DNA from: Candidatus Omnitrophota bacterium
GTDB lineage: Bacteria; Omnitrophota; Gorgyraeia; Zapsychrales; Zapsychraceae
DNA length: 64,000 nucleotides
Reading direction: 5' to 3'
Assembly: GCA_035292445.1 (NCBI GenBank)
Contig: DATDQB010000024.1
Span: forward strand, 267-64,266
The notes beneath the pieces were generated by a model. It was not told where the DNA came from. It searched no databases and saw nothing but the letters and a program-made list of their open reading frames with translations. Shown here piece after piece: positions 60,357-64,000 of this stretch. How positions within the stretch are numbered: the stretch's first letter is position 1; every line of letters starts with the position of its first letter. A program made the translations under genes and the position numbers.

Positions 60357-60754
60357 TGGATAAAGAAAAGAAAAATCTTTTAGTTTTTGGTTACGGCCTT
60401 GCCGTGATCATCGCGTTTTTCGTCTGGCGCCATGGGGCCAAGCTTGGGTTTGATCTATTTTCATGGATATGGCTTGGCGTGGCGGCATTTTTGGCCTGTT
60501 TGACGGCTATCGATCATCAGCGGTTAAGGCCGTTTTACGCAAAATGGATGATCGGCGCGCATTTTATTGGAATGATCATCACAACGGTCATTTTAAGCTT
60601 GTTGTTTTATATCGTTTTCGGGATCGCCGGCATTGTCCTTAGGATCATAAGGAAAGACCTGCTGGATAGGGCATTGGACCCGCACAAGGGCTCTTATTGG
60701 ATCAAAAGGGAACAGGTCCCGTTTGATAAGGCCCAGTACACCAAACAATTTTAG
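60356..60754 (+). CDS. SxtJ-family membrane protein
   Basis: Three TM helices. Conserved position directly downstream of a NodU/CmcH carbamoyltransferase, as in sxtI-sxtJ-sxtK. The track TTG start at 60353 was replaced by ATG 60356. Confidence 0.55.
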   Translation: MDKEKKNLLVFGYGLAVIIAFFVWRHGAKLGFDLFSWIWLGVAAFLACLTAIDHQRLRPFYAKWMIGAHFIGMIITTVILSLLFYIVFGIAGIVLRIIRKDLLDRALDPHKGSYWIKREQVPFDKAQYTKQF

Positions 60755-60763
60755 GAAGGGCAT

Positions 60764-60922
60764 ATGTCAAAAACATCTATCGTTAAGGAATTCTGGGAAT
60801 TCATCAGGACAAGGAAAAAATTCTGGCTGGCGCCGATCATATTCATCCTGTTGGCCCTTAGCGCGCTCATTATTTTCGCGCAAGGCTCGGCGGTCGCGCC
60901 ATTCATTTACACGCTATTCTAA
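60764..60922 (+). CDS. 52-aa hydrophobic protein, SxtK/DUF5989-like, absent from the ORF track because it is under 60 aa
   Basis: RBS aggaaggg, ATG 60764. MSKTSIVKEFWEFIRTRKKFWLAPIIFILLALSALIIFAQGSAVAPFIYTLF. Conserved third position of the carbamoyltransferase trio. Confidence 0.5.
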   Translation: MSKTSIVKEFWEFIRTRKKFWLAPIIFILLALSALIIFAQGSAVAPFIYTLF

Positions 60923-60937
60923 TGAAAGGAGATCGAC

Positions 60938-61333
60938 ATGGTTAATTCTTTTAGAAATACCCTTACGGTTTTACTTTTAACGCTCACGGTGATGACGACC
61001 TCCGGTTGTTTCGCGCTATTACTCGGCGCGGCGGCAGGGGCGGTCGGGACCGTGTACGTGCAGGGAGACCTGCAGAAAAGTTTTGAGCGCAATATCAAGG
61101 ATGTCCATAAGGTGGTTCTGGCCGTAATGAAATCAATGGATATTTTGGTCAAAAGCGATGAACTTAATTATGCCGATGCGAGCGTCAAAGGCGAGTATGA
61201 GGACGGAGAGGCCGTTACGGTCAGCATCAAAGCGCTGACGGAGAAAACGACCAAGGTCACGGTCCGTGTCGGCGTTTTCGGCGATGAGGTGAAGTCGAGC
61301 GAACTTATGAACAAGCTTGACCGGAAGATATAA
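60938..61333 (+). CDS. Lipoprotein (DUF3568-like)
   Basis: Lipobox MTTSGC, then a small alpha/beta domain. Confidence 0.5.
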   Translation: MVNSFRNTLTVLLLTLTVMTTSGCFALLLGAAAGAVGTVYVQGDLQKSFERNIKDVHKVVLAVMKSMDILVKSDELNYADASVKGEYEDGEAVTVSIKALTEKTTKVTVRVGVFGDEVKSSELMNKLDRKI

Positions 61334-61345
61334 GAGATAATACGT

Positions 61346-62443
61346 TTGAAAGCAGATAACTTAAAAATCCTTCAAGTCGTCCACTCCCATGGTGCCGGCA
61401 CGCTGGAGCGGCTGGTCATCCAGCTTTCCCGCAAGCTGGTTGAGCGCGGGCAGGAGTTGGCGATCGTGTTTGTTAAAGAAGAGGGGGCGGATTTCCCCAG
61501 GGAACGGACGGAGGGCCTAAAGACCTATATATTAGAGAAGAAAAAGGGCTTTGACGGGCAGCTGATCGGGCGGTTACGGCAGCTCATCCTCAAAGAAGGG
61601 ATACATCTTGTCCATACGCATGATGCGGAGTCCGCTGTTTTCGGTACGCTGGCGGCGAAACTTTCTTTCAAGCCCTGCCTTCATACCAAACACGTCCGCG
61701 GGTACAGGCACATACCGGATTGGATCTATGGCTTGAATAACTTCGTCATCTGTGTTTCCGAGGACATCAAGAAAGACCTTTTAAGTGCGAACCACGTTGC
61801 CGAGAAGAAGATCCAGGTGGTCTATAACGGGATCGATATCGAGGCGATCGACCGTTCCTTGGATCCCGCCCAAAGGAAAGCGCTGCGTCAAAAACTTGGC
61901 TTCAGCGATGACGCTTTTGTCATCGGCAATATCGCCCGCTGCGTCAAGGAAGAGGACCAGGCTACCCTCATCAAGGCGCTCAAAAAAATGGCCAGCCGTG
62001 AGCTCAACGCCCAGCTTCTCATTGCCGGCGAAGGGCCGCTCAAGGATGAGCTGATGCGCATAGCCGATGAATACCAGGTCGCCTCGCGCGTCAAGATCGT
62101 CAATTATAACGGCCATTCCTCTGACATCCTTAATGCCATTGATTGTTTGATCCTAACGACTTTTAGCGAAGGCCGCCCGTTCACCCTGTTAGAGGCCATG
62201 GCGGCGCGCAAACCCGTGATCGCGACCTCCATAGGCGCCAACACGGAAGTCATTGAAGAGCGAAAGAACGGTTATCTGGTGCCGTGCGGCTTTCCCGAGC
62301 GGATCCATTCGGCCGTGATGCGGCTTAAGGCGATCGATAGTTTGGCATCTGAGATCGGTGAGGCTGGGCGAAAGAAGGTGGAGGAGGGCTTTACGTTAGA
62401 GCAGATGGCTCGTGGCTATTCAGAGCTATACACGCAGGTGTAG
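61346..62443 (+). CDS. Glycosyltransferase family 4 (GT-B, EX7E-type)
   Basis: TTG start (no in-frame ATG after the upstream stop). C-terminal EGRPFTLLEAMAARKPVIATSIGANTEVIEERKNGYLV. Confidence 0.8.
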   Translation: MKADNLKILQVVHSHGAGTLERLVIQLSRKLVERGQELAIVFVKEEGADFPRERTEGLKTYILEKKKGFDGQLIGRLRQLILKEGIHLVHTHDAESAVFGTLAAKLSFKPCLHTKHVRGYRHIPDWIYGLNNFVICVSEDIKKDLLSANHVAEKKIQVVYNGIDIEAIDRSLDPAQRKALRQKLGFSDDAFVIGNIARCVKEEDQATLIKALKKMASRELNAQLLIAGEGPLKDELMRIADEYQVASRVKIVNYNGHSSDILNAIDCLILTTFSEGRPFTLLEAMAARKPVIATSIGANTEVIEERKNGYLVPCGFPERIHSAVMRLKAIDSLASEIGEAGRKKVEEGFTLEQMARGYSELYTQV

Positions 62444-62447
62444 TGAT

Positions 62448-62807
62448 CTATTTCTTTTCCCGCGAATAATCATCTTCGATCCGTTCAATATCATCTTCTG
62501 TCAAAGTCTTTCCGCAAGCAACTTCAATAAATACTAATGGTGTTTTGCCTGTATTGGCCATGCGGTGCACGGAACCGACCGGCACATCAATAATGGAGCC
62601 TGGGCCGATTGACACTTCTTGGCCGTCGATCGTTACAAGCCCGCGCCCGGTGACGACATTCCATTTTTCGGATCGAAATTTATGTTTTTGCAGGCTTAAA
62701 CGTTGCCCGGGATTGACCTCAACGCGTTTCACCCATACGCCTTCTTCCTGAAAGAATTTAATATAATTTCCCCAAGGCCGTTGAGTGATATTTATTTGGA
62801 TATCCAT
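62448..62807 (-). CDS. Cupin-2 domain protein (mannose-6-phosphate isomerase type II C-terminal-like)
   Basis: QKHKFRSEKWNVVTGRGLVTIDGQEVSIGPGSIIDVPVGSVHRMANTG. Confidence 0.6.
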   Translation of the reverse strand: MDIQINITQRPWGNYIKFFQEEGVWVKRVEVNPGQRLSLQKHKFRSEKWNVVTGRGLVTIDGQEVSIGPGSIIDVPVGSVHRMANTGKTPLVFIEVACGKTLTEDDIERIEDDYSREKK

Positions 62808-62827
62808 ATTTATCCTTTATAAGATGA

Positions 62828-64000
62828 TTAATTTTTCCTTAAGTGTGATGGAAGGATATGAAGGTTCTGCCGGTACTTGCTCACCGTGCGCCGGGCCAGG
62901 TTGACGCCCTGGGAGGCGAAGTAGTTCTGGATGTCCTGGTCCGAGAGAGGCTTGGTCTTATCTTCGTCTTCGATAAGGAATTTGATCTCCTCTTTAAGGC
63001 TGCGGTTCGAAACAGGGGACGCCTGGGTCGTTTCCTTGATGCCGTGGGAGAAGAAGTATTTCAAGGGGAGAAGCCCCTGGGGGGTTTGCATGTATTTGTT
63101 GTTGATGGCGCGCGAAACGGTTGATTCGTTGCGGCCGATCGTGTCAGCGATTTCCTTAAGCGTCAGGGGTTTCAGGTCCATATGGTCGCCTTCGAAATAG
63201 GGCTTTTGGTGGCTGACTATGTATTCGGCGATGCGCCTGACGGTCTGGTTGCGCTGGTCAATGCTTTTCATGAATAATAGGGCGTTTTTGATCTTTTCTT
63301 GGATATATTCTTTTTCTGCGGAAGAGCGCATGGGATCATTGAGCATCTTGCGGTAAAACGGGCTGATGCGTAAATGCGGGATGTATTCGTTGTTGATCTG
63401 GATCTTATATTGTTCATCGTCCGTTTTAACGACCGTGATGTCCGGGCGGATGTACGTGTTTGCCTGGAGCGGGCGGTATTTGCGCGCGGGAATAGGTTCC
63501 AGCTGGGCAATGACTTGGGCGTATTCTTTGACCTTTTCAGAGGTCAGTTTCAGTTGCCGCGCGATCTCAATGTATTTTTTTTTGCTTATGTCTTCCAGGT
63601 GGTTATTGATAACCCTAAGGATGGTTTCGGCGCTGCCGTTGAAACGGTGGTTGGCCTGAATGAGAAGGCACTCCTTCAGGTCCCTGGCCGCGATCCCCAA
63701 TGGCTCAAAGTTCTGGATCATATGCAGCACCATCTCGACCGCTTGGGCGCTTTCTAACCCCAGCTTGTAAGCGATATCCTCACAGCTTGATTTAAAGTAA
63801 CCGTTCTCATCCAGGTTGCCGATGATCAATTCCCCGATCTCCAACTCCATCGTATCGCTCAATTCCAAATGCAGTTGCTCCAAAAGATAATCTTCCAAAG
63901 GAACGGCTTGGGCTATCGGCCTTTCTTCCTGCGCATCATCATCCGGTGAGGCCGGGTCATAAATAGGGGTAGGCGTGGATTCTTTCATTCTTTTGAAATT
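62828..64000 (-). CDS. rpoN: RNA polymerase sigma-54 factor, C-terminal two-thirds. The N-terminus lies beyond the window end
   Basis: RpoN box ARRTVSKYRQNL at the C-terminus, HTH TIGRNESTVSRAINNKYMQTPQG, core-binding region. The ORF is open to nt 64000. Confidence 0.85.
   Translation of the reverse strand, partial: NFKRMKESTPTPIYDPASPDDDAQEERPIAQAVPLEDYLLEQLHLELSDTMELEIGELIIGNLDENGYFKSSCEDIAYKLGLESAQAVEMVLHMIQNFEPLGIAARDLKECLLIQANHRFNGSAETILRVINNHLEDISKKKYIEIARQLKLTSEKVKEYAQVIAQLEPIPARKYRPLQANTYIRPDITVVKTDDEQYKIQINNEYIPHLRISPFYRKMLNDPMRSSAEKEYIQEKIKNALLFMKSIDQRNQTVRRIAEYIVSHQKPYFEGDHMDLKPLTLKEIADTIGRNESTVSRAINNKYMQTPQGLLPLKYFFSHGIKETTQASPVSNRSLKEEIKFLIEDEDKTKPLSDQDIQNYFASQGVNLARRTVSKYRQNLHILPSHLRKN

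Noticed and set aside
30852-61346. ORF-track start codons at 30852, 36321, 58518 and 60353
   Set aside because: These are TTG codons. Downstream ATGs with better RBS spacing (30867, 36345, 58527, 60356) were preferred. TTG was kept at 61346 for the glycosyltransferase, and GTG at 28393 and 32838, because no in-frame ATG exists or alternatives are noted.

Overview
This 64-kb window is from a Gram-negative-type bacterium (outer-membrane barrel, PEP-CTERM protein, GspG-type pseudopilins, sigma-54) with roughly balanced GC. The lineage cannot be determined from sequence alone; the gene content (giant repeat protein, T4P/T2SS-like genes, PEP-CTERM) loosely resembles candidate phyla such as Omnitrophota, which is a guess.

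Nt 1-25017 is a single co-directional, tightly packed block on the + strand, in three parts:
- A 5'-truncated giant ORF (>3088 aa) made of more than 215 copies of a 13-residue GINW repeat.
- A coiled-coil membrane protein followed by a non-canonical F-type ATPase gene set in the order alpha, epsilon, c, c-like, b-delta fusion, gamma, beta. No a-subunit gene is present.
- A PilB/GspE ATPase with a C-terminal PilZ domain, PilC/GspF, an HExxH protein, four pseudopilins (GspG/H/J/K-like), PilM-N and PilO-like proteins, and a TPR protein.

The remainder of the window contains, in order:
- A minus-strand STT3/PglB-like polytopic membrane protein with WWPPGH in place of WWDYG.
- A DUF393 (DCC) protein.
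- An AT-rich PEP-CTERM protein gene behind a consensus sigma-70 promoter flanked by TGTCCTA repeats.
- A MORN-like protein.
- A second pilin module (two pilins plus a 506-aa PilX-like protein).
- An outer-membrane barrel, purU, tRNA-Lys(CTT), split transketolase, transaldolase, 6-phosphogluconolactonase, and a beta-oxidation cluster (PaaK-like ligase, thiolase, FadJ, acyl-CoA dehydrogenase, ferredoxin, RlmD-like methyltransferase).
- A cNMP-binding patatin (NTE-like), an NSS transporter, a HemC(truncated)-CobA-HemD fusion, and hemL.
- A carbamoyltransferase-SxtJ-small ORF trio, a GT4 glycosyltransferase, and on the minus strand a cupin gene and rpoN (partial).

Recurrent non-coding structure:
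- Five intergenic long imperfect inverted repeats built from short tandem units. Two of them enclose AT-rich four-helix-bundle (23S-IVS-type) protein genes and three are empty.
- A roughly 90-150-nt repeat element in two clear copies plus one degenerate copy.
- A three-way-junction hairpin between the transketolase halves.
- A structured leader ending in a terminator hairpin that abuts a pilin start codon.

Several ORF-track starts were TTG or GTG; I moved these to a downstream ATG where one exists.
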